Shown: in pieces, positions 44,467 through 53,887 of the stretch
Numbering within the stretch: the first letter of the stretch is position 1
Layout: every line of letters begins with the position of its first letter
Sequence record: NC_111505.1
Source of the DNA: a phage
DNA length: 64,000 nt
Reading direction: 5' to 3' (one strand)
Made by a program: the position numbers and the translations under genes
Notes under the pieces: generated by a model
Databases searched by the model: none
Told to the model about the DNA's origin: nothing
The model's input: only the letters and a program-made list of their open reading frames with translations

Positions 44467-44494
44467 GCCAATTGAATGAGTGTTTTCAATTGGC
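44467..44494 (+). other. perfect 10-bp-stem hairpin after DNA ligase gene
   Basis: GCCAATTGAA-TGAGTGTT-TTCAATTGGC, 28 nt after the ligase stop; no clear U-tract. Confidence 0.3.
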
Positions 44495-44589
44495 ACCTGC
44501 ATATGCCCTGATATTCGCACTGTGCAATATACCCATGCTGTACAGTGTTGTTGATCGGATATGCTATAAGTAGATTGGAGAGTAAAAAA

Positions 44590-45306
44590 ATGATTAATTT
44601 CTTCTTCAATGATAATTTTGCATTTTGGTACAAAGATGGGGAGCTAGTTTGGACAAAGAATCATTATAGAGGCCGAGGTAAAAATCAACTCTTCATAAAA
44701 GCTGGCACAAAAGCTGGTTGTAATGATGCACAAGGGTATGTTATAATCAACTCTCATAAAGGTGGTGATAAGAAGCGTCATAGAATTATTTACGACATGT
44801 TTTATAACTCTTTAACAAAAAACTTTCTTGTCAGGCATTTAAATGATATAAAAGGCCAGGATAATATAGAAAATCTTTCTATGGGCACCTACAGTGATAA
44901 CAACAAGGACCGTATAAGAAATAATTTACTCCCGAAAAATAACCCGCACGGTAACTTAGGAGTTTATAAGAAATGTGGTTTATGGTATGCAGTATATAAC
45001 ACCCTCGAAGGAGATAGGTTTGCTGGGTACTTTAAGACCAAAGATGAGGCTGTAGAGGCAAGAAAACAGCTAGTTTCAGGTACTTATAAAGGCAAAATAC
45101 TAAAACTTAATAACACATCTGGGTGTACAGGTGTTAAATGGAGACACGATACTGACAAGTGGCAAGTTCAGATTGCTGAAAACAGCAAAAGGTATCATTT
45201 GGGGCAATACACGGAGTGGTGGGATGCTGTATGCGTCAGAAAATCCGCAGAATATGCAAAACATGATGATTCGTTGGAAGAGTGGTTTAATCGGAGGTTT
45301 AAATGA
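44590..45306 (+). CDS. HNH homing endonuclease with AP2-like DNA-binding domain
   Basis: Start at ATG 44590 (RBS GGAG). HNH_3-type motif (RHRIIYDMFY...VRHLNDIKGQDNIENL) and AP2-like segment (GVKWRHDTDKWQVQI...RYHLGQY). Confidence 0.6.
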   Translation: MINFFFNDNFAFWYKDGELVWTKNHYRGRGKNQLFIKAGTKAGCNDAQGYVIINSHKGGDKKRHRIIYDMFYNSLTKNFLVRHLNDIKGQDNIENLSMGTYSDNNKDRIRNNLLPKNNPHGNLGVYKKCGLWYAVYNTLEGDRFAGYFKTKDEAVEARKQLVSGTYKGKILKLNNTSGCTGVKWRHDTDKWQVQIAENSKRYHLGQYTEWWDAVCVRKSAEYAKHDDSLEEWFNRRFK

Positions 45307-45782
45307 AGCTAGATAAAAATGTACAATTGAGAGCATTTTTTTCGATGATTTCACACTCAGAAGGTACTGACAGGTATGGTGGCGAAGATGCTTCGTACCA
45401 CATCCTTGTTGGTGGAAAATACATAGAGGATCTCAGCAGGCATCCCGGTATTTATGTCAAATTAAGACCAGGCCTTACCTCTTCAGCATTTGGCAGATAC
45501 CAAATTCTGGAGAAATACGCTAAGCATTACATGAAGCAGCTTGGCTTAAGAGATTTTGGTCCGGCAAGTCAGGATGCCATAGCAAAACAGTTGATCCGCG
45601 AATGTAAAGCCCTTGATGACATTTATGAAGGAAGGATCCGTTCAGCTATCTATAAATGCCGTAGCCGTTGGGCAAGTTTCCCACCACCACCGGGGGCTGG
45701 TAAACTGTATGATCAGCGTGTAGAAAACATAGAGAAGATGCTGGACGTCTTCCGAAAAGCCGGAGGCACAGTACTGGATTAA
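45303..45782 (+). CDS. endolysin, lambda R-like lytic transglycosylase
   Basis: Shares the lambda R signature blocks as recalled: SEGTD, LVGG, HP, FGRYQIL, KQLGLRDFGP.SQDA, WASFPP..GAG, KAGGTV. Confidence 0.7.
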   Translation: MKLDKNVQLRAFFSMISHSEGTDRYGGEDASYHILVGGKYIEDLSRHPGIYVKLRPGLTSSAFGRYQILEKYAKHYMKQLGLRDFGPASQDAIAKQLIRECKALDDIYEGRIRSAIYKCRSRWASFPPPPGAGKLYDQRVENIEKMLDVFRKAGGTVLD

Positions 45783-45785
45783 TGG

Positions 45786-45814
45786 TTGACATAACCACAC
45801 GGACGTGGTATTGT
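45786..45814 (+). promoter_or_regulatory. sigma70-type promoter
   Basis: -35 TTGACA (45786..45791), 17-bp spacer, extended -10 TGgTATTGT (45806..45814), 30 nt upstream of the ATG at 45846. Confidence 0.5.
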
Positions 45815-45845
45815 CACCTCATAAAATGTTTGGGAGGGTTTAACC

Positions 45846-46052
45846 ATGAAAGATTTTCTGTTGGCAATTTTGTTCATGGCAGCATGCCTTGTCTGTGGTG
45901 TCGTGTTTGCAGGTGAGACAGCGTACCTTGTAGATGTATATCGGGACAATGGTAAACGTATTTGCCTTTATGAGACAAGCCAAGGTGAGCTATATGAGCT
46001 TGTGAAACAAGGTGAGGCAGGTTCCTGCCCTCGCACCCATTTCTTTGAATGA
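45846..46052 (+). CDS. small membrane protein (possible holin-type)
   Basis: 68-aa ORF with one N-terminal hydrophobic helix (FLLAILFMAACLVCGVVFAG), immediately downstream of the endolysin and a promoter; RBS GGGAGGG. Confidence 0.4.
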   Translation: MKDFLLAILFMAACLVCGVVFAGETAYLVDVYRDNGKRICLYETSQGELYELVKQGEAGSCPRTHFFE

Positions 46053-46061
46053 GGAGGATAC

Positions 46062-46526
46062 GTGGAAGACGGACGTTTAATGAAGTCTGAACGCAGGCTT
46101 ATTGTGCAACTGATCCCAGAAACAGCTTGGTATAATAACCTCCGAAACGCTGTGAAGAAGAGTGAGTGGGATAAGATCCGTAAGAAGTGCTACAGAGAAG
46201 CCAACTACACTTGCGAGGTGTGTGGTGGCAAAGGTAGCAAACACCCTGTGGAGTGTCATGAACTTTACACCTTCGAAGAGGGGGTGATCCGGCTTGTCGG
46301 ACTGATAGCCCTGTGCCCAGATTGTCACACATCGGTGCATCCTGGGTTAGCAAATATCCGTGGGAAATATGCTCAGGCAGTTAATCAGTTGGCTAAGGTA
46401 AATAAGATCACTAAGGGCATGGCTGAAGCTTATTACCGAGACTGCTTTGCAGAGTGGCTGGAGCTTAGTAAAGTTCCGGAATGGAAGACCGACTTTTCGT
46501 GGATAGAGGGTTACCTTGATGGCTAA
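46062..46526 (+). CDS. zinc-finger / HNH-like nuclease-domain protein
   Basis: GTG start with RBS GAGGAGG; Cys/His cluster CEVCGG...HPVECHE...CPDCHTSVH. Confidence 0.35.
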   Translation: MEDGRLMKSERRLIVQLIPETAWYNNLRNAVKKSEWDKIRKKCYREANYTCEVCGGKGSKHPVECHELYTFEEGVIRLVGLIALCPDCHTSVHPGLANIRGKYAQAVNQLAKVNKITKGMAEAYYRDCFAEWLELSKVPEWKTDFSWIEGYLDG

Positions 46527-46809
46527 GAAACCTGTAAAAGAAAAATTTGATAAGACAGCTTTTGTATTCGATACACCTCTGGACGACATTATTAGAGGTA
46601 TGCAATCATTGTACCGGAAGGCTGAATCTGATCAGTTGTCTGAATCAGAACTTTACTGGCTTGGTTGGTGGGAGCTAAACCTTCCTAAAGCTGAAAGTTC
46701 TTGTCTGAGAACTGTTAAAACGTGCGCCCAAGAAAACGCTGCACTTGGAATCTACCACAAAAGGAAAAGATCAACAAAAAGCTCTCCAAGGAAGACTAAA
46801 AAGTCTTGA
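46516..46809 (+). CDS. hypothetical protein
   Basis: 97-aa ORF; its stop overlaps the -35 of the next promoter. Confidence 0.35.
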   Translation: MMAKKPVKEKFDKTAFVFDTPLDDIIRGMQSLYRKAESDQLSESELYWLGWWELNLPKAESSCLRTVKTCAQENAALGIYHKRKRSTKSSPRKTKKS

Positions 46810-46835
46810 CAAAAGTGTTATTAATCTGATATTAT
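46806..46835 (+). promoter_or_regulatory. sigma70-type promoter
   Basis: -35 TTGACA (46806..46811), 18-bp spacer, extended -10 TGaTATTAT (46827..46835); RBS GGAG before the ATG at 46869. Confidence 0.5.
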
Positions 46836-46868
46836 CAGTCAGATATTTATAAACCAGGAGAACTAGAT

Positions 46869-47177
46869 ATGCTTAAAATTTTTATTGTTGAAGATAAAGA
46901 TATTGTCCAGTTGTATGCAAACGAGAATCATAAAGGTATGATCCTGAAGAAGGCAAGCAACCTTCATGAAAACACCATTCAACCTGGCGATGTAATTAAG
47001 ATCTGTGGCTATCTGATACCAGACTCCTTGATGAAAATAACCCACCACTGGGGGTCTAATCCGTTCCTTTTTGAAAAATATTGGGATGTTGAGTCGCTTA
47101 TTGCAGAGAGTGATGATGCATTCCATTACAGCATCCAACCATCTTGCAGAGTAACTAACAGGAGGGTCTTTGAGTAG
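46869..47177 (+). CDS. hypothetical protein
   Basis: 102-aa ORF downstream of a promoter. Confidence 0.4.
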   Translation: MLKIFIVEDKDIVQLYANENHKGMILKKASNLHENTIQPGDVIKICGYLIPDSLMKITHHWGSNPFLFEKYWDVESLIAESDDAFHYSIQPSCRVTNRRVFE

Positions 47178-48309
47178 AGAATATCCACTTATTGAGTCCA
47201 TAGATTGTCTAGCTGATCTTCTTGAACCTGACGCTATAGTTTATTATGACTTCGATCAGGTTGCATATCAAGCTGCAGCAAGTTGCGAAAAAAGGACAAT
47301 TGAGGTAACACACAAAGCCTCCGGACGTAAGAAGATGTTTAAAACACGAACAGAGTTCTGGGGGCGGCAGAAGAACACAGTTGGTGGTTGGTTAAAAGCT
47401 GAGAATACCAACCGTGAAGCTGCATGTAAAAAGGCTGGCAAGGAGTTTATTCCGTGGACACGAGAAGATTTCGATGTCTTGGATATCCAAACCCCTGATC
47501 CTGTAGAGAACTGCTTGCACACAATTAAGTGTAAAGCTAATGCAGTCCTTAATTATCTCGGTATTCCGGAAGATCGGTGCGTGGGGGTACTTGGAGGCAC
47601 AGGTAATTTCAGACTAGATCTTCCCATGCCGGAAAGATATAAAGCCAACCGTAACAATACTCTTCGACCACTGCTGCTTGGAGATGCAAGACAGTATCTC
47701 CAAAAGCAGTATAATGCTCAAGTGATCAACGGTATCGAGGCTGACGACTGGTTAGCTATCCAGCAATTTGAAGGTTGGAACCACTACCAAAAAACAGGTA
47801 AGTTCAACAAGTTTATTATCTCTATTGATAAGGACCAAAGAACACTACCGGGGCTTGTGTTCGATCCCATGCGAAACGATAAGGGAGATTTTGTAAGGGA
47901 AACCCCTATGCTGATCGATAACGGTATGGGGAACATCTTCATGAAGCCTAATGGAGAGGTTGGTGGTTACGGGATGCTGTTCTTCGGATACCAAATGCTG
48001 TGTGGTGACTCTGCTGACAATATCAAGCCGTATCAAGGACTTATCGGTAAGGGTAAGTTCGGGGATGCCTCAGCATTCTACCTACTGTCTCAGTGCAGCA
48101 CTCCAAAGGAGATGTGGGTGGCTATTATTGATCAGTACAAGAAGTGGTTCCCGAAAGGTGTTGTTAAGTATACTGACTTCAATGGTATTGATCGCAGAAT
48201 TTCCGTAGGTCAATGGATGAGTATAATTTTTGACTGTTTGTATATGAAGCGAACATTCAATGATCAAACAAAACTTGTTAACGTTCTTAGAAATGTTGGA
48301 GCAATTTGA
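47170..48309 (+). CDS. putative 5'-3' exonuclease / flap endonuclease-like protein
   Basis: Acidic clusters resembling FEN-family metal-binding motifs: GIEADDWLA, ISIDKDQ, MLCGDSADNIKPYQGL. Confidence 0.45.
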   Translation: MSREYPLIESIDCLADLLEPDAIVYYDFDQVAYQAAASCEKRTIEVTHKASGRKKMFKTRTEFWGRQKNTVGGWLKAENTNREAACKKAGKEFIPWTREDFDVLDIQTPDPVENCLHTIKCKANAVLNYLGIPEDRCVGVLGGTGNFRLDLPMPERYKANRNNTLRPLLLGDARQYLQKQYNAQVINGIEADDWLAIQQFEGWNHYQKTGKFNKFIISIDKDQRTLPGLVFDPMRNDKGDFVRETPMLIDNGMGNIFMKPNGEVGGYGMLFFGYQMLCGDSADNIKPYQGLIGKGKFGDASAFYLLSQCSTPKEMWVAIIDQYKKWFPKGVVKYTDFNGIDRRISVGQWMSIIFDCLYMKRTFNDQTKLVNVLRNVGAI

Positions 48310-48641
48310 TGACTAAAAATGCTGTAGATAACGCAATTATGGAAGCTGTTTTTGAGGATGATCATACAACAGGGACACTTAAAACAAAAAACACATTCGT
48401 TGTTGCCACAGGTATGTGGCGGTTGTATGAAGATGACACCATTTCATACATCCTGTACACTGATGATTACGCAGATGACCGTGTATGGTCTGCTGTTTTA
48501 AAAGAGGATTGTGAGCTGATTGAGGGCGAGCGGTTATGCATGTTCACCAGTGTGGAAACAGATGTTAAGCTTTGCTCTCTCGTCTTGTTCAAAGATAAGG
48601 CTTATGCTCCTGATGAAGGAGAGGAGGATGAGGAAGCATGA
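48306..48641 (+). CDS. hypothetical protein
   Basis: 111-aa ORF overlapping its neighbours by 4 nt. Confidence 0.4.
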   Translation: MMTKNAVDNAIMEAVFEDDHTTGTLKTKNTFVVATGMWRLYEDDTISYILYTDDYADDRVWSAVLKEDCELIEGERLCMFTSVETDVKLCSLVLFKDKAYAPDEGEEDEEA

Positions 48642-49267
48642 GAGAGCGTCTATTATCCATAGACCAGTCGTTGACACACACAGCTTGCGTTGTATGGGAC
48701 GATGGAAAGCCTGTTCATAAGGTTGTGTTACGAACTCAAAGCTCATCTGCAAAAGAGAAGAAACCAGGGACGGTTTCTTTTGCAACAGCTGCTGAGCGTA
48801 TTGACTGGATCTGCAAACAGGTTAGATATTATATCCACACGCACGGCGTTGACACCGTGGTAATGGAAGGGCTCTCCTTCGGATCGCGAGGGGATGCTAC
48901 ACGTGAACTGGCTGGGTTGTTTTACGGTCTTGAAGTTATGTTATGGGATGCTTTAGCGGATTGTGAAAATGACGGCCTGTTTAAGGTCCACACAGTGACA
49001 CCTACAACTGCCAAAAAGTTTGCTCGTAGTCATCTACCTGAAGAACTTGCTTTTGAGGAGAAGAAAAAGCTTGACAAAAAGACAGGTAAAGAGCATACTG
49101 TGAAGAAACCTGTTACGATGGATAAAAAGTTGATGGTCAAGGCCTGCGAAGTATCTGAACCGGGGTTCCTAGATGGGATCAATTTAGTACAAGGTAAGGC
49201 CGATCTCGCAGATGCTTATTGGATAGGCAGGGCGCATCTGGAGGGATTATCGCAAAGCGTAAAATAA
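48638..49267 (+). CDS. RuvC-like Holliday junction resolvase
   Basis: RuvC-type blocks LSIDQSLTHTA (cf. LGIDPG), VVMEGLSFGSRG and LADAYWIGRAHL. Confidence 0.55.
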   Translation: MRERLLSIDQSLTHTACVVWDDGKPVHKVVLRTQSSSAKEKKPGTVSFATAAERIDWICKQVRYYIHTHGVDTVVMEGLSFGSRGDATRELAGLFYGLEVMLWDALADCENDGLFKVHTVTPTTAKKFARSHLPEELAFEEKKKLDKKTGKEHTVKKPVTMDKKLMVKACEVSEPGFLDGINLVQGKADLADAYWIGRAHLEGLSQSVK

Positions 49268-49794
49268 GAAAGAAAGCTGTCAAAGCCCCCGTTCATAACG
49301 GGTGGCTAAAAGATTCTAAGGATATAGCCAACTTTCGGAAAGAATTGTCAGAAGAGCAGGATGGTCTTGATCCGATCTTGTGCGAACCACTTCGTAAGCC
49401 TTGTTTAGATCATGATCATCTGACTGGTCGTTGCAGGGGTGTTTTGTCCCAATGCACTAATACCTTTGAGGGGTATGTGCTTAAATACTGGATGAAATAC
49501 TGTAACGAGTATACAGATTGCAGTTTATCAGAGGCGTTGCGCCGGATGGCTGACTATCTGGAGAAAGACTACAGCGACTTCCCGCTCCACAAAAACTACA
49601 GGGACGATATGACAAAGTTCTTGAGGAGATGCTCTAAAGCTACGATTATTGCACGGGCAGAATCGGATCTCGATCTTGTCATTAATTCAGAGTACACCAA
49701 GCATGAGGCTATTGAGGCCTACATGCAGGAGTTTATAAAGAAAACTGAGGAGAGAGATTTCTATGGAGACGAAAAAGGTATTCAATCCTTGTGA
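49219..49794 (+). CDS. endonuclease VII-like (HNH-type) protein
   Basis: Endo VII signature CEPLRKPCLDHDHLTGRCRGVLSQCTN. Overlaps the upstream gene by 49 nt; no alternative start found in frame. Confidence 0.5.
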   Translation: MDRQGASGGIIAKRKIRKKAVKAPVHNGWLKDSKDIANFRKELSEEQDGLDPILCEPLRKPCLDHDHLTGRCRGVLSQCTNTFEGYVLKYWMKYCNEYTDCSLSEALRRMADYLEKDYSDFPLHKNYRDDMTKFLRRCSKATIIARAESDLDLVINSEYTKHEAIEAYMQEFIKKTEERDFYGDEKGIQSL

Positions 49795-49984
49795 TTCAGT
49801 TCTGATCAGGATGAAATACCGTAACTGGAAAGGTGTTGTTGCAGATCGCTGCGTTACTGAGCCTAGTTTATGGTTTGGATCTACAGAGTATCATAAAGAA
49901 GAGCAGTGGTTGATGCATGCATTTGATGTAGACAAGGGCGAATATCGTGACTTCGCTTTAAAAGACATTCTTCAGTTTTACTAA
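49763..49984 (+). CDS. hypothetical protein
   Basis: 73-aa ORF. Confidence 0.35.
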   Translation: METKKVFNPCDSVLIRMKYRNWKGVVADRCVTEPSLWFGSTEYHKEEQWLMHAFDVDKGEYRDFALKDILQFY

Positions 49985-49996
49985 GGAATCTTAACG

Positions 49997-50980
49997 ATGA
50001 TGACAAAGTTAACTCTTGAGCAAATTTTAACACTGAAGCAACAGGGATACACTAATAGACAAATTGCTCGTGAATTTTTAGGTCGTGAGTCACGTGAGAG
50101 CTGGATCCGGCTACAGCTTAAACGTGCACAAGAGAATATGTCAGAGATTGTAGGAGAGGCAACGGAGCGCTTCCTTGAAGAACACAAAGGTGCCAAAGTT
50201 TGGGTGTATGATACAGAGACATCTCCAACAAACGGCTGGTTCTTTGGGCATTATAAGACCAACATTCAAACCTGCGGTATTGAAATTATGCCATATATGC
50301 TAACTTTCGCAGGTAAATGGTTAGACAGTCCTAGCGTGGTTGACTGTGCTCTTCCTGATTACAAAATGTGGGACGAGGATATCCACAACGATCTTGAACT
50401 GATTCAAGATTTGTGGTATTATCTGGATAAATGCGATGTCGCAGTAGCGCACAACTCTGGTTTTGACTGTGGGTGGGCCAACCAACGATTTGCATTTCAC
50501 GGTTTGCCGCCAACAAGCCCATACAAAGAGGTTGACACCCTCAAGATGATTAAAAAGGCATTCCGTTTGAATGCAAACACGTTAGAGTATGCATGTAAAT
50601 ACTTCCAACTGGCCCGACAGAAACTAATTGACCACACATTTGAAATGTGGATCAAGTGTGTTCATGGTGATCTTGAGGCGTTTAAACAGATGCGGGAGTA
50701 TAATGTTGGGGACATCTTGTCTCTGGAAGGTCTGTATTTGCTGGCGCGTCCGTTTGCTAAGCAGCACCCCAACATGTCGTTGTACTACCAAGATGAGGAG
50801 TCAAAAGTTCGTTGCCCACGTTGTGGTGGAGAACACCTTCACGAGGAAGAGGCTTTGGCGTATACTCAACTGAGTGCATTTAAAACCTACCGCTGCGAAG
50901 GTTGTGGATCTGTTGTTCGTGATCGTAACAACATCCGTACCCGAGAAGAGATGAAAAACACCCTGATTCAGATAATCTGA
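49997..50980 (+). CDS. DnaQ-like (DEDD) 3'-5' exonuclease with C-terminal zinc ribbon
   Basis: Exo motifs VWVYDTETS, VAHNSGFDCGW, YNVGDILSLEG; C-terminal CPRCGG...CEGCG. Confidence 0.5.
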   Translation: MMTKLTLEQILTLKQQGYTNRQIAREFLGRESRESWIRLQLKRAQENMSEIVGEATERFLEEHKGAKVWVYDTETSPTNGWFFGHYKTNIQTCGIEIMPYMLTFAGKWLDSPSVVDCALPDYKMWDEDIHNDLELIQDLWYYLDKCDVAVAHNSGFDCGWANQRFAFHGLPPTSPYKEVDTLKMIKKAFRLNANTLEYACKYFQLARQKLIDHTFEMWIKCVHGDLEAFKQMREYNVGDILSLEGLYLLARPFAKQHPNMSLYYQDEESKVRCPRCGGEHLHEEEALAYTQLSAFKTYRCEGCGSVVRDRNNIRTREEMKNTLIQII

Positions 50981-50995
50981 CAAGTAGAGGGAGGC

Positions 50996-51832
50996 TTGCG
51001 CCTCCCTTTTCATTTTGGAGGCACTTTGAGCAAGAAAGAGTCCAACGACAAATATTACACAGACCCTGAGTATGCAGAATATCTTGTTGGTAAAGTAAAA
51101 GGTAGGTATGGGAATTGTGCATACGTTGAGCCTTCTGCTGGAAAGGGTTCTTTTTCAAAACTATTTTCAGAGATACTGTCGTACGATTTGGTACCAGATC
51201 CTGGATTTGAAGGCCCAACACCGTGTATTAAGGCAAACTTCTTAGAGGTGTACCCTAAGGCTGATGTCTTCATAGGCAATCCTCCATTCGGCAAAAATTC
51301 GTCTTTAGCTTGCAAGTTCTTTAACCACTGTGCATCATTGCTAGAGCCTGGTGGGGCTATAGCCTTCATCTTGCCACGGACATTTGAAAAAATATTTTTT
51401 GCAAACAGGCTTGACATGTCGATGCACCTTATTTACAGCGAAAGGTGCCCCAAGAACTCGTTTTTACTTAACGGCAAACCTTATGACGTGCCATGTGTTT
51501 TCCAAATTTGGGAGAAAAAGGTGTGCAATAGGGATCCTGTAGAGATTGGAGAGAATAAGTTATTTTCTTTTAGCACCCCAGATGACTACGACTTCTGCAT
51601 AAGACGTGTTGGGTATAATGCTGGAAAAGTATTGGGAGAGGATGACCCAAAATCTGAAGAATCAACATATTTCATAAAATCTTTAGTTGAGGGTGTTGAC
51701 AGAGTGTTTGCTGAATGCTATTCTTCTTTTCAAGAAGAAGCAGGTAAGACTGCTGGAATGAAGAGTATAGGCAAGAAAGAACTACAATACATTTTGGAGA
51801 CCAGGTATGATCAAAAGTATAGACTTGACTAA
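50996..51832 (+). CDS. N6-adenine DNA methyltransferase
   Basis: SAM-binding-like YYTDPEYAEYLV...VEPSAGKGSF and catalytic NPPF (IGNPPFGKN). Non-ATG start; TTG at 50996 or 51026 (RBS GGAGG). Confidence 0.6.
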   Translation: MRLPFHFGGTLSKKESNDKYYTDPEYAEYLVGKVKGRYGNCAYVEPSAGKGSFSKLFSEILSYDLVPDPGFEGPTPCIKANFLEVYPKADVFIGNPPFGKNSSLACKFFNHCASLLEPGGAIAFILPRTFEKIFFANRLDMSMHLIYSERCPKNSFLLNGKPYDVPCVFQIWEKKVCNRDPVEIGENKLFSFSTPDDYDFCIRRVGYNAGKVLGEDDPKSEESTYFIKSLVEGVDRVFAECYSSFQEEAGKTAGMKSIGKKELQYILETRYDQKYRLD

Positions 51833-52265
51833 AGAGCTTACTGATGCAAAGGCTTTTGGTGAAACAGCCGTGCAAAGGGGACAGGCTATGGGGCTGGCAC
51901 TACCTTTTGTCTTAAAAGAGCATTTTACAGATTTTCAGCTTATCCGTGGTGAAAAGGGTATGCTTATTCTGGAACATAAGTTGAGTAAGAAACGTTATAA
52001 AGTTGTTTTTAATTCTAAAGCCCCAACAAAACTTGGATTCAGAACTTACAATCTCAACCCTTCTTATACTAAGGGTGTTGGAAGAGTGGAACAGCAGCAT
52101 TTCAGTGCTAGAGCTTCTTTAGCACCTTTGATGGTAAATTTCTCAGGTGTGGCTTTAGGATACCTGGATAAGAAAAGAGTTCTTCATGTTCGTTTTACAG
52201 ACTTTGTAACGCTTTTAGCTAACAACGAAGTAGATGAAAAGGGACGTGTAAAAACAAACTTCTAA
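51807..52265 (+). CDS. hypothetical protein overlapping the methyltransferase 3' end
   Basis: 152-aa ORF with RBS GGAGA, overlapping the methyltransferase gene by 26 nt. Confidence 0.4.
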   Translation: MIKSIDLTKELTDAKAFGETAVQRGQAMGLALPFVLKEHFTDFQLIRGEKGMLILEHKLSKKRYKVVFNSKAPTKLGFRTYNLNPSYTKGVGRVEQQHFSARASLAPLMVNFSGVALGYLDKKRVLHVRFTDFVTLLANNEVDEKGRVKTNF

Positions 52266-52280
52266 TAACGCACAGTATGA

Positions 52281-52484
52281 TTGGAGACCGCAATGACACC
52301 AGAGTTAACAATCCCAGACAGCTTTTCAGAAAGCTTTATTCCAGAAATGATGGGAAAGATGCGATCACTGCTTGATCAGATTGAGGAGGCTGTTTGGGAA
52401 GACGATGCTGTAGTGGCTAACGAGCTGGTAGATAAGTGTAAAAGTATTATTGATGCAGTCGAAGAATATCACGGAGGTTTTTAA
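52281..52484 (+). CDS. hypothetical protein
   Basis: 67-aa acidic ORF. Confidence 0.35.
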   Translation: METAMTPELTIPDSFSESFIPEMMGKMRSLLDQIEEAVWEDDAVVANELVDKCKSIIDAVEEYHGGF

Positions 52485-53086
52485 TGGATATTATTGTTCT
52501 TAATGCTCCACCAAGTTCTGGAAAAGACCATATCGCAGATCTTTTGTTGGAAGCCATTCCAAACTCGCATCACCGCGAGGTAAAGGAAATGCTATTCAGT
52601 GTGGCAATTAAGGCAGCTGGTATTTCACCACAGTTGTGGAATGCACTCTATGATCGCCGCTACAAAGAAGAACCGTGCCCGTTCTTAATGATAGACGGCA
52701 AGCATGTTTCTCCGCGAGAATGGATGATCCATTGTAGTGAAAATCTGATTAAACCTATCTTTGGTGAAGATGCTTTCGGTAAGGCAGCAGTCGCATCCTT
52801 GAAGAAAGATTTCCCTGAAGGCAAAGGGGTTGTTGTTTACTCCGATGGTGGCTTCAAAGAGGAGCTGGCATGCCTTGGCGAGTACGCATACAGCACAGGT
52901 GGCGATCTTCTACTGTTCCGTATCCACCGTGCAGGATATGATTGGGGAAATGATTCCAGAACTTACCTTAGCCTAGAGAAGAACGGGATAAAAGGTATCG
53001 AGTTTGATGTTGTTAACCCCGAGGGAGCTCCTTGGGAGTGCGCATCTGAGATTGTGTGCAAGTATATTGATGCTAAAGAGGGCTGA
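52484..53086 (+). CDS. putative deoxynucleoside monophosphate kinase (P-loop)
   Basis: P-loop LNAPPSSGKD near the N-terminus, similar in layout to phage dNMP kinases; 200 aa. Confidence 0.45.
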   Translation: MDIIVLNAPPSSGKDHIADLLLEAIPNSHHREVKEMLFSVAIKAAGISPQLWNALYDRRYKEEPCPFLMIDGKHVSPREWMIHCSENLIKPIFGEDAFGKAAVASLKKDFPEGKGVVVYSDGGFKEELACLGEYAYSTGGDLLLFRIHRAGYDWGNDSRTYLSLEKNGIKGIEFDVVNPEGAPWECASEIVCKYIDAKEG

Positions 53087-53091
53087 GAACA

Positions 53092-53685
53092 ATGCTGATC
53101 GGAATTGATGTAGATTTAACACTGGTAGACTCAGGAACAGCATGGTGGGAATGGCTAGAGCGTTTGTATGGCCCAGCCAGCAAGACAGTCGCTAAACCTT
53201 CTAACGGACTGATGTATTACGATCTGTCAAAGTATTGGCCTGATCGCCCCAAAGAAAACATCATAGGGCCTTTTGATTTCTGGAGTGACCCGTTCCTCTA
53301 CGACTTTCTTAAGCCTGAAGAGGGGGCTATTGAGGTTATGAAAGATTTGGTGGCTCGTGGTCACAAGCTTGCATTTATCTCTGTATGTAAGAAAGGTCAC
53401 CTTGCATCTAAATCAAGGTTCTTAAAGCGTTGGACCAGCGATTTTATGGATCTGGACGATCACACCCAGGGTCACGGCTTCTACGCCACACATTTCAAAG
53501 GTAATGTGGCTGTAGATGTTATAATTGACGACAGGCATGAATACCTGAATCAATTCGCTTCACGTCCTGAAGTTATTAAAATCTTAAAAGGCACTCCTTA
53601 CGAGCAATTCGAGGAGTTGAAGGTTAGTGTTGACTATACCGCTAACAGCTGGTATAAAATAGGGAAGTTTTTAGAAGGTATTTGA
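53092..53685 (+). CDS. HAD-superfamily phosphatase (5'-deoxynucleotidase-like)
   Basis: HAD motif I IDVDLTL at the N-terminus and C-terminal IIDDR. Confidence 0.5.
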   Translation: MLIGIDVDLTLVDSGTAWWEWLERLYGPASKTVAKPSNGLMYYDLSKYWPDRPKENIIGPFDFWSDPFLYDFLKPEEGAIEVMKDLVARGHKLAFISVCKKGHLASKSRFLKRWTSDFMDLDDHTQGHGFYATHFKGNVAVDVIIDDRHEYLNQFASRPEVIKILKGTPYEQFEELKVSVDYTANSWYKIGKFLEGI

Positions 53686-53686
53686 A

Positions 53687-53887
53687 ATGGGCAGATGTTC
53701 TAAAGGTGGAGATCCTGTAGTCAGATACGGTGACTGGATAGAGGTGTATGATCTGGGCGGTAAGCTGGTGTATGCCTCCAGGATCACCCAAGATATGTGC
53801 TCCGATATGTTTAACAGATACCTTGCATTTAAGGCCAACATAAACCCAGACGAAATTTCCAAAATTAAAACAAGGAGAGCTAAATAA
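53687..53887 (+). CDS. hypothetical protein
   Basis: 66-aa ORF. Confidence 0.35.
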   Translation: MGRCSKGGDPVVRYGDWIEVYDLGGKLVYASRITQDMCSDMFNRYLAFKANINPDEISKIKTRRAK

